Positions 26,862-36,454 of a stretch of 42,296 bases of DNA are shown one piece after another. The position numbers were made by a program, and so were the translations under genes. The notes under the pieces are model-generated. The model did no database searches. It was not told the origin of the DNA and worked only from the letters and a program-made list of their open reading frames with translations. Within the stretch, counting starts at the first letter, position 1; each line of letters opens with the position of its first letter. This DNA is from a virus (lineage: Duplodnaviria; Caudoviricetes), in the IMG/VR virus record IMGVR_UViG_3300038314_001501, positions 1 through 42,296 of that record; one strand, written 5' to 3'.

Positions 26862-28951
26862 ACTGTCACCCCGATCGCCTCAGCTTCCGGTGTTGCTATC
26901 GGTACCCTTGCGCATCTACAGTTGATAAAATCGCTTGGCCTTGGACCTTGGTCCAGAGGGAAGACTTGACCCTGTAGAGCCTCATGCTCAGGTCTCACTA
27001 AATCATCCATGGCTGTCTGCCACTGTTCAAACTCAATGCCAGCCGTCGTATGCGCCGCCTTATTACCTAAGTCGAACACCCGGGTCGTTTCAGTGGCGGC
27101 TATCCTCTGTGCTCTCGCCTCTCCAAACAACGGTTCTATCGACTTGACCAGATCCGGCAGCCCCTGTTTGCCAAGCCCACTTTCCTGCCACGTTAGAATC
27201 GCCTGCCTGAGTCCCTCACTTGTCGTCCTCTCCACTTCCGCTAACCAAGTTGTCGTATAGTCCCGTGTGAATTCAAAGACCGATAGATTCATGGCGTCCA
27301 TATTCACTGCAAGCCCAATGCTTTGGTTGAACTCCCCGGCACCTAAGTATATCTGCCTGGCATTCGGTGCCATCGCCCCGGTCATAACCAACCTGAACTC
27401 ACGGAGGAATTTATCGCCTGTGGCAATCACCGGATCCCCCTTCTCCCCTATCTCAACTGTGAGTGCCTTCCTGGGCAGAATCTTCTTCCTGAGATCACGG
27501 AATAGCTTCTTGAGACCTCTGTTGATATCGTCGAACATATCCTCTTCCCACACCAGCCGTTCCTCCTCAGCAAAAGGGGCGAGTTCGTCCTCCGCCTTCT
27601 CCCCCTCTGGTTTGACGTTCGCCGACTGACTGCCCGGTTGCTGGATCGGTCTCTTGTCATCATCAGCAACAACTTCATCGGTGGCATCCACGCTACCTGC
27701 GCTTTCCAGATCATATATCTCCTGGCTGATCAGCCCCTCATCGAGCATGATATTCCGCACTCCTTGATCGGACAATATCCCTGAGGAAACGTACTTCTCG
27801 CCGGCCTCTGAGTATGCTTTGAACAGGTCGGCGGCTTCCTGCTCTCCCGCCGGGTCCTTCTCATTGTACTCAAACGTCACGTTTGACGGGATGATGCCGT
27901 GGAAGTTAAAGATATGCTCAATGGTCTTCATGAATAGTTCGGGGCCTTTGCCCTTCGACTTCTCATGAAGGATCAATGATTGCTGGCTACCGCCTATCCC
28001 TCGCCCTGGGAGGGGTGCCAGATCCTGATAGTCTACGCCCAGCGCCATGGCCAGTAAAGATATATACCACCTCATTTGAACATCAAAGTCCCATTGATCG
28101 GGTTTGGGCGCGAGGTCAAGTGTTGTGGCTGTCGCAGGTTTATCCGGGTCAATGCCTGCGAATATCACTGGCTTGTTGTACCTGACAAGACCCTGCTCGA
28201 TCTGTTGGTCTTTGTGGACGTTGAGAACATTCTCGATCTCCGCCCTGTTGACTCCAGATATCAGATGTATTGACTTCGGGTCCATCCCACTGGAACGCTC
28301 CCTGTCTCTGATACCAAGGTCGCGCATGAATTGTGCTTGTCTGAGGACACGAGTCACAGCGCAGACACCGACACCGTTGACGGTCACTATCGGACTGGGG
28401 AAGTCGGAGGACATCACGATCTGGTAGGGCTTCATCTTGTGTTCCCCACCTTTACGATCGGTGTAGATAACTGGCCACTCGACCACTCCAGTACGCCGGC
28501 ACCGCCCGGCATCCAGGTGATTAATGCCGATGACTGGGCTATCGGCGGAGTCGGCTTGGCGGATTGTTTCGAAGAATGCCCCATTATCCTGAGTCAGAAA
28601 ATCTAATCTCCACTTCTGAATGAAATCCAGCCAGCCCTTTCCGAGGTCGGCGTTGTGGAGCATAGTTTGAGTAGCTTGAACTGTCTTCGGCGCATCCCCT
28701 TTGATTGTCCAGGAGAATGCGGAATCCCGGATAGTTATCGTATAGAGAGCGGAGGCAAGCACGGCTTCCTGCATCCAGAACTGACGTAACTGAATATCCC
28801 TCGCCTTGAAGTTCATCTGTGACCCGCCCCATGGCTGGAGGTCATCAGCTATAGAGGCCAACCACATCACGAAATTACCAAAGGGAGCCTGCTCCTGTTT
28901 TGGTAATTCTTCAACGGTCCGTCTTAATACCGCGGGGTTCTCGATTACCAT
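26858..28951 (-). CDS. Portal protein fused to a MuF/SPP1 gp7-like head morphogenesis domain
   Basis: DFLTQDNGAFFE portal segment; C-terminal RAQRIAATET...WQTAMDDLVRPEH...NCRC. Confidence 0.85.
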   Translation of the reverse strand: MVIENPAVLRRTVEELPKQEQAPFGNFVMWLASIADDLQPWGGSQMNFKARDIQLRQFWMQEAVLASALYTITIRDSAFSWTIKGDAPKTVQATQTMLHNADLGKGWLDFIQKWRLDFLTQDNGAFFETIRQADSADSPVIGINHLDAGRCRRTGVVEWPVIYTDRKGGEHKMKPYQIVMSSDFPSPIVTVNGVGVCAVTRVLRQAQFMRDLGIRDRERSSGMDPKSIHLISGVNRAEIENVLNVHKDQQIEQGLVRYNKPVIFAGIDPDKPATATTLDLAPKPDQWDFDVQMRWYISLLAMALGVDYQDLAPLPGRGIGGSQQSLILHEKSKGKGPELFMKTIEHIFNFHGIIPSNVTFEYNEKDPAGEQEAADLFKAYSEAGEKYVSSGILSDQGVRNIMLDEGLISQEIYDLESAGSVDATDEVVADDDKRPIQQPGSQSANVKPEGEKAEDELAPFAEEERLVWEEDMFDDINRGLKKLFRDLRKKILPRKALTVEIGEKGDPVIATGDKFLREFRLVMTGAMAPNARQIYLGAGEFNQSIGLAVNMDAMNLSVFEFTRDYTTTWLAEVERTTSEGLRQAILTWQESGLGKQGLPDLVKSIEPLFGEARAQRIAATETTRVFDLGNKAAHTTAGIEFEQWQTAMDDLVRPEHEALQGQVFPLDQGPRPSDFINCRCARVPIATPEAEAIGVTV

Positions 28952-29121
28952 TATTTAATAATCGCTCTGAGTTTCAGTAACTCTTCATCTGTTATCGGCT
29001 GGACAGCCACTTTATCTTGGGCGGATATCTTCACGACACTCTCATATCCTTGGAAGATGCCATTCTTATATAGGGCTACACCCCGTTCGCCTGAATCCAG
29101 CTTCTGTTTTAATTTAGCCAT
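28951..29121 (-). CDS. 56-aa hypothetical protein
   Basis: MAKLKQKLDSGERGVALYKNG...; stop overlaps the portal ATG (TAATG). Confidence 0.55.
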   Translation of the reverse strand: MAKLKQKLDSGERGVALYKNGIFQGYESVVKISAQDKVAVQPITDEELLKLRAIIK

Positions 29122-29131
29122 GTGGCCCCCT

Positions 29132-29791
29132 TTAATCCAAGCTCAGTAATCTAGGCATAACCAAGGGATAATGTGATGTCACAATGGCTGCCGCACCCAC
29201 GAATGGGTCAGCTAACGCGCCAGCACCCACGGCTGCCTGGGCCCAGTGGCGGGTTTGATTCCCAAGGGTAAACCCTGTTGGCAGTACCCCAAGAGGACTC
29301 CATGTATTGTATCCACTTATCATGTTAGGTGTCCCATCGCTTACAACAACCAACCAATGTAGCCCTTTCGTAAGAGCCTGATTAATGGTCGCTGCCACCA
29401 CAGCATTAGCTACCACACTGACTGTGCCAGCATCAACCACTAATGCTCCGGGATAACCAGTTCCATCATCCTTATACAGACCCAGACGAGCGATATCACC
29501 AGGTGAGGGATTGGTTACCTCAACAGCTAATCTATCTATTGTCATATCTCTGGCAACGAAGAATGGATGCGCTATAATCACATCCGCTGTAAGTCCAAAG
29601 GCACCCGTATTATATAGTGGCAAAGGCCTGAAGTATTCACCAGTTCTTACAATCTGGAACCAATCAGCCATGTGTATATCAATATCGGCTTCATGGTCAA
29701 AAGCCCAATTGGAACTTATCCCAGCCTCAAGCTCCCCATCCACTGGGAGGGCATCAATCTGGCGAGGGTTAAATATCGGTCCATTAACCAT
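29132..29791 (-). CDS. Beta-rich putative virion decoration protein
   Basis: RLGLYKDDGTGYPGALVVDAG motif seen in phage structural proteins. Confidence 0.55.
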   Translation of the reverse strand: MVNGPIFNPRQIDALPVDGELEAGISSNWAFDHEADIDIHMADWFQIVRTGEYFRPLPLYNTGAFGLTADVIIAHPFFVARDMTIDRLAVEVTNPSPGDIARLGLYKDDGTGYPGALVVDAGTVSVVANAVVAATINQALTKGLHWLVVVSDGTPNMISGYNTWSPLGVLPTGFTLGNQTRHWAQAAVGAGALADPFVGAAAIVTSHYPLVMPRLLSLD

Positions 29792-30318
29792 TAGAAAAAC
29801 TCCTGATATGTTAATACCTTTGCCCCCGCTCCGCCATGACTGGCATGAACGGCGCCCGTACTAAACACAGCGCCGTATCTACTGAGCGTATATATTCCAC
29901 CACCAGCGTTTATCCGTGGAGCACCACTTGGTGCCGATGAGGCGCCAACGCCTATGTAGATATTCGTGTCGGAATCATTGGTCATAACGAGAGCCACACG
30001 GTTGGGATTAGCCGGTACGATAACCGTGTCGAGCGGGGTGACATTTACCGATGCGGGGCTCTGCCCGTCCATATCGGGAGCGGTTACCACAGCAGGAGTG
30101 CCATCCGCATTGAAGAGAACGACAATCTGATCGCCCGTCGGCGTGACGCGCCCCGGCATAACCTTGATCTCACTATCCCTCACCATGAAGTAGGGTAAGT
30201 TCGCCTGGCTGAGGACTTCTCTGATTTCTCTTTGATTTGCTACGGCCATAACTGCCTCCCAAATAAAAATAGCGCCTGAATCACTGTCGGGCGCTATAAT
30301 TGGGCGGGGAGCGCCCAC
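29791..30318 (-). CDS. Hypothetical beta-rich structural protein
   Basis: ANPNRVALVMTNDSDTNIYIG jelly-roll-like segment. Confidence 0.55.
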   Translation of the reverse strand: MGAPRPIIAPDSDSGAIFIWEAVMAVANQREIREVLSQANLPYFMVRDSEIKVMPGRVTPTGDQIVVLFNADGTPAVVTAPDMDGQSPASVNVTPLDTVIVPANPNRVALVMTNDSDTNIYIGVGASSAPSGAPRINAGGGIYTLSRYGAVFSTGAVHASHGGAGAKVLTYQEFF

Positions 30319-30362
30319 TGGTTCAAATTAATCTATACGATAACACAAGAGAAAACGCTTTG

Positions 30363-30908
30363 TCAACCCTTCCTGTTTTTGAGTTCGGTCACCAGGATAT
30401 GACCTATCATCAAGTGGATGTCTTCTATCTGCTCCATGACCTCCGATGGGACGATGAGGCAGATGTCGGCGAGCCCCTTTACTGCACCACCTTGGAAGCC
30501 GGTCAAACCGATCGTCCTGACTCCCCACTCCTTAGCGATAGTGAGAGCTCTATAGATATTCTCCGATTCACCGCTCCCGCTGATAACCAGAACGACGTCC
30601 CCTTCATCTAGGAAGCGGCTCAGTTGCTGCCTGAATATCTCAGCATAACCCTCATCATTCGCCCAAGCTGTGATGAGATAATTCGAGTCCGTCAGAGCCA
30701 TCGCCTTGAGTCCGCACGTCTTATTAAGGTCTCCAGCTATATGCGAAGCGGTGGTCGCGCTCCCGCCATTGCCCATCACATAAATCCGGTTACCATTCTT
30801 GTGGGCTTCCCAGAGGACATCGGCAATCTCCCTGACCGTTTTGAAATTGTAGTCAACATACTTCAGGATGGTTCTCAGATCGTAGACATATTGTTCAATG
30901 CTCATCAT
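30363..30908 (-). CDS. gmhA: Phosphoheptose (sedoheptulose-7-P) isomerase, SIS domain
   Basis: MGNGGSATTASH, ITAWAND, ISGSGES.N, EQIEDIH motifs. Confidence 0.88.
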   Translation of the reverse strand: MMSIEQYVYDLRTILKYVDYNFKTVREIADVLWEAHKNGNRIYVMGNGGSATTASHIAGDLNKTCGLKAMALTDSNYLITAWANDEGYAEIFRQQLSRFLDEGDVVLVISGSGESENIYRALTIAKEWGVRTIGLTGFQGGAVKGLADICLIVPSEVMEQIEDIHLMIGHILVTELKNRKG

Positions 30909-31344
30909 TCCCTCTCTTTTGATCGCTGGCCCAGGCCGCCATGGCCTTCCTGAACATAACAGTGCTGGAGTTCAGTAGATCTCCCACGCCGTAGACGATC
31001 TCGCACCCTATCTCAGCACAGACGTCTTTCTCGACCTGGAGCATATTATCCGATGTCCTGTCACCACCCTTGGCGTAGATATCAGGTTTCAAAGCCCTCA
31101 ATACATCAAGCGGACTCCCGTTGATATAGTCCGGTACCATGACTTGGTCGACATCAACAACCGCCTCCAGGATGGCAACCCTATCGTCGATCGGGACAAG
31201 ACAGTATCCTTTCTTCTCTCTGAGTACTTCATCCGGGCAGACAAGGACAATCAGCCAATCTCCCAAAGCCTTCGCCTTCTTGATATGGTCCAGGTGTCCC
31301 CGATGAATGGGGTCGAACCCGCCGGCGATTACAACTCTGATCAC
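30895..31344 (-). CDS. HxGH cytidylyl/adenylyltransferase (RfaE-II/TagD-like)
   Basis: GGFDPIHRGH, PDIYAKGGDR, NSST. Confidence 0.88.
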   Translation of the reverse strand: MIRVVIAGGFDPIHRGHLDHIKKAKALGDWLIVLVCPDEVLREKKGYCLVPIDDRVAILEAVVDVDQVMVPDYINGSPLDVLRALKPDIYAKGGDRTSDNMLQVEKDVCAEIGCEIVYGVGDLLNSSTVMFRKAMAAWASDQKRGNDEH

Positions 31345-31345
31345 C

Positions 31346-32311
31346 TCAGTCCTCCTGACAGATTATCCTGCTGCCCTGCTCCTCGAGCTTAACCGGCAGC
31401 TCTTGATAGATTGACATCTTCGCCCTCACTGCGTCCCGGTCGCCATCATTACAGTATAGAAGAAGGAAACCCCCGCCACCGGCGCCGCATATCTTGTACC
31501 CTATGGCCCCGGCGCTCACGGCATCGGAGAGCATCTCGCTTATTTCCGGGGTGGTAATGTTACTTGCCAAGGTCTTCTTCTGCTCCCAGCTCTCCTTAAT
31601 CAACTCCCCGAAGTCCCGGTACTTCTCGGCATCAAGATAGCCGCTGCCCGTGGTCGCCGTTTTGAGCATCTTCTTGAGAGTCTCGGTGTTATCCGCTATC
31701 CTCTCTTTCTGCTCGCCGAGTATCCTATCGGCCTGACGGGTTATCCCCGTATAGAACAACAGAGTCCGCGCTTCCACCTGGCGCCTGATACGCCTCTTGA
31801 AATGGAAGCTGTCTATTCTATCCTTGCTGAAAGTGAACATCCTCATCCCACCGTAAGCAGCGATATACTGATCTTGCTTACCGATTGGCTTGCCCATGAT
31901 GTCGATCTCAATCTTACAGGCTTCGTCCGCTAGTTTCTCAGCGTCCACTTCAATCCCCTGATAGGCGTAGAAGGCGTGGAGCAGCCCGACTGTGAGGCTG
32001 CTGGAGGACCCGAGGCCTGTTCCTTCAGACGGAATATCCCCCAGAGTGGCAACCTCGATACCTTTCTCAATACCGGTCACCATCATGGCTACTCTGATAA
32101 TCTCGTGCTGTAACTCTTCAGGGGTATCTACCGTCTCCGTCTTCGTATAGTGGAGAACAACCTTATCATCGAAGCGGGGCTTGACAATGACATAGATGAA
32201 TTTGTCAACCGCCGAACTGATCACCGCTCCATTATTTTCGTTGTAGAAGCCGGGAAAGTCCGTGCCGCCTCCGAGGAAGCTGATTCTAAGGGGTGTCTTT
32301 GAGATTATCAT
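31346..32311 (-). CDS. hddA: GHMP kinase, D-glycero-alpha-D-manno-heptose-7-P kinase-like
   Basis: TPLRISFLGGGTDFP, GTGLGSSS, GKQDQY, GAGGGGF. Confidence 0.88.
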   Translation of the reverse strand: MIISKTPLRISFLGGGTDFPGFYNENNGAVISSAVDKFIYVIVKPRFDDKVVLHYTKTETVDTPEELQHEIIRVAMMVTGIEKGIEVATLGDIPSEGTGLGSSSSLTVGLLHAFYAYQGIEVDAEKLADEACKIEIDIMGKPIGKQDQYIAAYGGMRMFTFSKDRIDSFHFKRRIRRQVEARTLLFYTGITRQADRILGEQKERIADNTETLKKMLKTATTGSGYLDAEKYRDFGELIKESWEQKKTLASNITTPEISEMLSDAVSAGAIGYKICGAGGGGFLLLYCNDGDRDAVRAKMSIYQELPVKLEEQGSRIICQED

Positions 32312-32312
32312 G

Positions 32313-33833
32313 TCACCTCCACTTTAGATTCGAATGCTGCAGTTTGAAAACTTTGAACCCAAGATCCTCTGATTCGTATGCACTTTTAGGATCACTTTTT
32401 GAATTATCATTAATATTAGCAATCGCTTTCCGTATTCTCTCTTTACCAATCTCTGAAATTGTATTATACCCAGCGTGTCTTGCTGGATGCCCTTCTGGTA
32501 TTAGTTCAGGTAATTGAACCATGATAAAATGCCGAGTACCGTTATCTCGCCCATTTAGGTCAATGATTGCATGGGCAGTTGTGCATGAACCGGCAAAGAA
32601 ATCAAGAATGATGCCCGTTTTTGTGTGGTCTCCTAGTTGAACCATTTTCTTGATGAGGTCAACCGGTTTAGGATTGGGGAAAGTGCTCTTATCATCAAAT
32701 AATTTCCTCAAAGATTGTGTGGCATTTGTTGTAGTACTAACATCATCCCACCACGTTTTTGCCACTCTCCCTCTTTCTTCTGCCTCTGTTTGAAAACGTT
32801 TTCTTTGAGGCCCCGCTTCACCGGATACTCCAAAGACTATGCGATTATCTTCTAATAGCTCTAAATATTTCTTGTAATCATTTTTCCAACTGCAACTTGG
32901 GTTGGGTTTATATATCTCGCCAGTTTTAGGATTCACTATTTCGTACTGTTGATTAGGCCTCCAACCTCCAACTTGAAATGGATCGGCCTTCCAAGGCCCT
33001 CTTGAGTCATTGTCGGGATTTGAAAATCCTTCGCCATCCTCTGGGAGTCGGAAATGATTTCTGTTTTTTGTGAAGTAATCAATCTCCTTGGCATAGATTA
33101 AATTATATGTGTGTGATACGGAAATAAGTGCTGTATTAGTAACAGACTTTGTTGAATTCCAGACTACTGTTCCAATAAGATTTTCTTCTCCGAAAATATC
33201 ATCACACATTTTCCGCAAATTACTAAACTCATTATCATCAATAGAGATAAAAATCACCCCGTCTTCCCGTAATAGATTACGGGCAAGGTAAAGCCGTGGA
33301 TACATCATATTCAGCCATTTGGTGTGGAAGCGACCTTCATTAGGATTGTTGGTAGAGAATTTCCTTCCCTCATCATCTACTAACCCAGCATAGGCCAGGT
33401 ATGTCTTCAGCGTTTCGGAGTATTTATCTCGATAAATGAAATCATTACCAGTATTGTAAGGTGGGTCAATATAAATCATCTTTATCTGACCCGCATAACT
33501 TTTTTGGAGGAGTTTTAGAACTTCGAAATTATCACCTTCAATGAAAATATTATGAGTCTTTTCTTCGTTAACGCCTTCGCCCTCGCAAGGAACTAGAGTA
33601 CCGGTGCTAGGTATACTTGTAAGTCTACGTGCTTCACGCTTACCGGGCCACGACAATCCAAAGTGTTCTGTTTCGGGTGTTTCAGATTCTAGATATTCTC
33701 CAAGCGCTTCATGGAGTACTTCCCAGTTAATTTTACCGTCAGCGAAGGCTTCTGGGACTATCGTCTTTAATTGTTCAATTCGTTCCTGATCGAATAAATA
33801 TTTAGGTCTGATTCTTTCTTGTGGCATTGGCAT
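32313..33833 (-). CDS. mod: Type III R-M Mod-like N6-adenine methyltransferase, C-terminally shortened, no Res partner
   Basis: EQLKTIVPEAFADGKINWE, FGLSWPGK, IYIDPPYNTG, FPNPKPV, LDFFAGS; ends right after GFKVFKL..SN; AT-rich. Confidence 0.88.
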   Translation of the reverse strand: MPMPQERIRPKYLFDQERIEQLKTIVPEAFADGKINWEVLHEALGEYLESETPETEHFGLSWPGKREARRLTSIPSTGTLVPCEGEGVNEEKTHNIFIEGDNFEVLKLLQKSYAGQIKMIYIDPPYNTGNDFIYRDKYSETLKTYLAYAGLVDDEGRKFSTNNPNEGRFHTKWLNMMYPRLYLARNLLREDGVIFISIDDNEFSNLRKMCDDIFGEENLIGTVVWNSTKSVTNTALISVSHTYNLIYAKEIDYFTKNRNHFRLPEDGEGFSNPDNDSRGPWKADPFQVGGWRPNQQYEIVNPKTGEIYKPNPSCSWKNDYKKYLELLEDNRIVFGVSGEAGPQRKRFQTEAEERGRVAKTWWDDVSTTTNATQSLRKLFDDKSTFPNPKPVDLIKKMVQLGDHTKTGIILDFFAGSCTTAHAIIDLNGRDNGTRHFIMVQLPELIPEGHPARHAGYNTISEIGKERIRKAIANINDNSKSDPKSAYESEDLGFKVFKLQHSNLKWR

Positions 33834-33879
33834 TCTCCAACCTTATATAGTCATACAGTAAAATCATCTACTTCCCTCC

Positions 33880-35499
33880 TTACAAGTTCAAACGAAGACA
33901 CTCAGCCGAAGCCATACTCAGAGCCACGGCCAGGTCAATCTTCCTGCTCTCTGACTTCTTGACCAATCGCAACTTACCGTCCTCATCCTTCTGCGTCTTG
34001 GCATTACAGTTCTGGATGTGCTGCCTCAAATCTGGATCACCGTCATGCCTCAATCGCTTGTGTACGATTAGATCATAGAGTTGCTTATCAGACATCAGAC
34101 GTCTCTGTCCCTGGTTGAAGTCCTCGAACCACAGCCCCAGTTCCTCCCGGTATTTCTTGACGAAGTACTCCAGCTGGAATGGGTCATAGCACACCTGGAC
34201 GATGTTGAAGTTCTCTGCCAGCCAACGGAGTACCGCCCCGGGCTGTTCATAGTCCAGCTTGCCCCCTTCGGGTGGTGTCCACTTCTTAGTCAATCTGACA
34301 GCTATATTTTCTACGGGGTTATCAGGATCCCGGGAGACAACGGCCAGACCGAAGCAATCTCCGGTTACGGCCGCATCCAGGCTGACGACAATCGGTGTCT
34401 TCTCCCCGGGTACAAGAGGGAGAGGATTCAGACAAGCATCCCATAGCTCGATCGGGATGAACTCCGACTCGGCACTGACCCACTCATTCAAGTGAAGCCG
34501 GCGGTATTGCGAGTCCGTTTGGATCGCCGCTTCTGATCGGTAGTAGTTCGCCCCGTGCGCTCCCTGCTGCCACGGCATGCGCCTCGCCACCTCTCCGCTG
34601 TCCCAATAGGCGAATATCCCCGCCGCCTCATTGACGTAGCAAGGAATAAGCGAATCGGGATTGGGAGCCTCGACAAAACAACCGTGCTCGTAGTTCTTCC
34701 CCACGGCATCCATCAAGTCCTGAACCCTTAATTGCCTCCCCTTCTCAACCACGTTTTCATAGAGCCCCTCGAGGAGTTCCGATTCACCGACGAATCCAGC
34801 ATAGGTTTCGATAAATCTAAGGGAGTTCGGCCGGGTCGGTGCCGGCGCCATCTCAGCCCAGAATCTCTTCGCTGCCTTGTCAGTGAAACCCCATAGCTCG
34901 GTCCAGACACTAACGACAGGGTTCGATCCGGCCTCCCCTTTGTAATCCAAAGCAACCGCGTGGACCTTGGAGCCGTTGGGTGTGTACCGGGCCCGGGTGT
35001 CTCGAATGCTCCACTTCCCGGGGAGTTCCTGTTTGCCGCGGTGATAGTCGGGATGGAGTTCGATGCTTGTCCGGAGAGCGGCGAAGCCCTTCTCCTTCGC
35101 CTGATTCGCATCATTACCTACGAAGTAGATATCGCCGTTATTCCCCCAGCACTCGGCAGCCCAGCGACCCACCAACCCGCCAATAGCCGTCTTCCCGCCT
35201 TTCTTGGTTGTGCTGTAGAGGATCGTCTGGAACTGAAACCTATTATCCCTCTGCTGGAAGGCATAGCGGAGGACGGCTTTCTGGTGAGGCATGAGGTTGA
35301 TGATCCCCACGGGTCTATCGACAGTCGCCTCGGCGTAGAAGTTGTTCTGCGCCCATAGGACAATATCCTGGCTCTGCGCTTCCCAGCTTTCCTGATCCCG
35401 CTGGGCATTGAGACGGCGTTCTTTGATACGGTTGGCCTTCAGATACCGGGCCTGCTCGTATCGCTCCTGCTCTAACCGCTCTTCAGTCGCTGTTGTCAT
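33880..35499 (-). CDS. terL: Terminase large subunit
   Basis: Walker A STTKKGGKT, RRLHLNEW, nuclease SLDAAVTGD, YDPFQ, KIDLAVALSMA. Confidence 0.92.
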   Translation of the reverse strand: MTTATEERLEQERYEQARYLKANRIKERRLNAQRDQESWEAQSQDIVLWAQNNFYAEATVDRPVGIINLMPHQKAVLRYAFQQRDNRFQFQTILYSTTKKGGKTAIGGLVGRWAAECWGNNGDIYFVGNDANQAKEKGFAALRTSIELHPDYHRGKQELPGKWSIRDTRARYTPNGSKVHAVALDYKGEAGSNPVVSVWTELWGFTDKAAKRFWAEMAPAPTRPNSLRFIETYAGFVGESELLEGLYENVVEKGRQLRVQDLMDAVGKNYEHGCFVEAPNPDSLIPCYVNEAAGIFAYWDSGEVARRMPWQQGAHGANYYRSEAAIQTDSQYRRLHLNEWVSAESEFIPIELWDACLNPLPLVPGEKTPIVVSLDAAVTGDCFGLAVVSRDPDNPVENIAVRLTKKWTPPEGGKLDYEQPGAVLRWLAENFNIVQVCYDPFQLEYFVKKYREELGLWFEDFNQGQRRLMSDKQLYDLIVHKRLRHDGDPDLRQHIQNCNAKTQKDEDGKLRLVKKSESRKIDLAVALSMASAECLRLNL

Positions 35500-35620
35500 T
35501 GTTCAATTTATCCTAGCTACCACGACAGCCTTTCGTAGTTTGGTAAGTAGGTGGCTGTCTGCAAATTCCTTATTAGGTATACTTGGGTCTTTGAGGAAAT
35601 AACGCTAGAAAGTATACCCG

Positions 35621-36454
35621 CTAGAGTTCTAAACTTAGCTGTGCAAGACTTCTCTTAGCTATCTCCACATAGGTTGGATTAATTTCATACCCTATAGCGT
35701 TTCTACCAAGACTGTTCGCAACTCTTACAGCGGTCCCGCTTCCTAAAAATGGATCCAACACAGTATCACCCACGAATGTATATAGCTTTATCAGTCTTTT
35801 CGGTAGCTCGTCAGGGAATGGAGCCGGGTGTCCTATAATTTGTGCCTTAGCAGGCTGCATCTCCCATATAGAATTTACAGCCCATTCCGACCATTCATTT
35901 TTGCTTAATTTAGATTGTTCTTTTATTTCTCGTGGGACTTTTTCTCGTTTCCCCTCCTTACTGAAGACAATGATCCATTCAAAAGGGAACGTGGAGAAGA
36001 TGTTCCCAGGGTAAGGATAGGAACCAAAAGAACTAAACCTAACTATCTTCCTCTTGTCCCAAATATAGGTAGAATGTAGATACATGCAGTTAGATTCAAA
36101 CATAAACTTTTCGAGATCAGTTATTACTAACTTAGTTTCTCTACGTTTAAACTTACTTTCGTTACCAGACAAAAATATGGGCATTATGTTAATACAGAGC
36201 TTACCATCTGGACCTAACACACGAATACATTCTTTCCATACTTGATTCAGAAAATTCATATAGTCGTAATAATCTTCAAAGTCGCCTGCCTGGTTTGTGT
36301 GATTGTTGGTAGAATTATAGTCTTTTAAGTCAAAGTATGGAGGACTTGTCACGATAAGATGAACTGAGTTATCTGCAACTTCATCCATAGAACGCGCATC
36401 TTTACAGTACATCTTAACGGAAGGTATTTTCTCTACCATTTCGATTTGTCCCAA
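35621..36454 (-). CDS. N4-C/N6-A DNA methyltransferase (beta class)
   Basis: VTSPPY precedes HPAPFP and VLDPFLGSGT. Confidence 0.92.
   Translation of the reverse strand: MGQIEMVEKIPSVKMYCKDARSMDEVADNSVHLIVTSPPYFDLKDYNSTNNHTNQAGDFEDYYDYMNFLNQVWKECIRVLGPDGKLCINIMPIFLSGNESKFKRRETKLVITDLEKFMFESNCMYLHSTYIWDKRKIVRFSSFGSYPYPGNIFSTFPFEWIIVFSKEGKREKVPREIKEQSKLSKNEWSEWAVNSIWEMQPAKAQIIGHPAPFPDELPKRLIKLYTFVGDTVLDPFLGSGTAVRVANSLGRNAIGYEINPTYVEIAKRSLAQLSLEL

Noticed and set aside
33880-35499. Atypical Walker B (VSVWTELWG) as a sign of an inactive terminase
   Set aside because: The catalytic Glu and all other motifs are retained, so it is most likely a natural variant.
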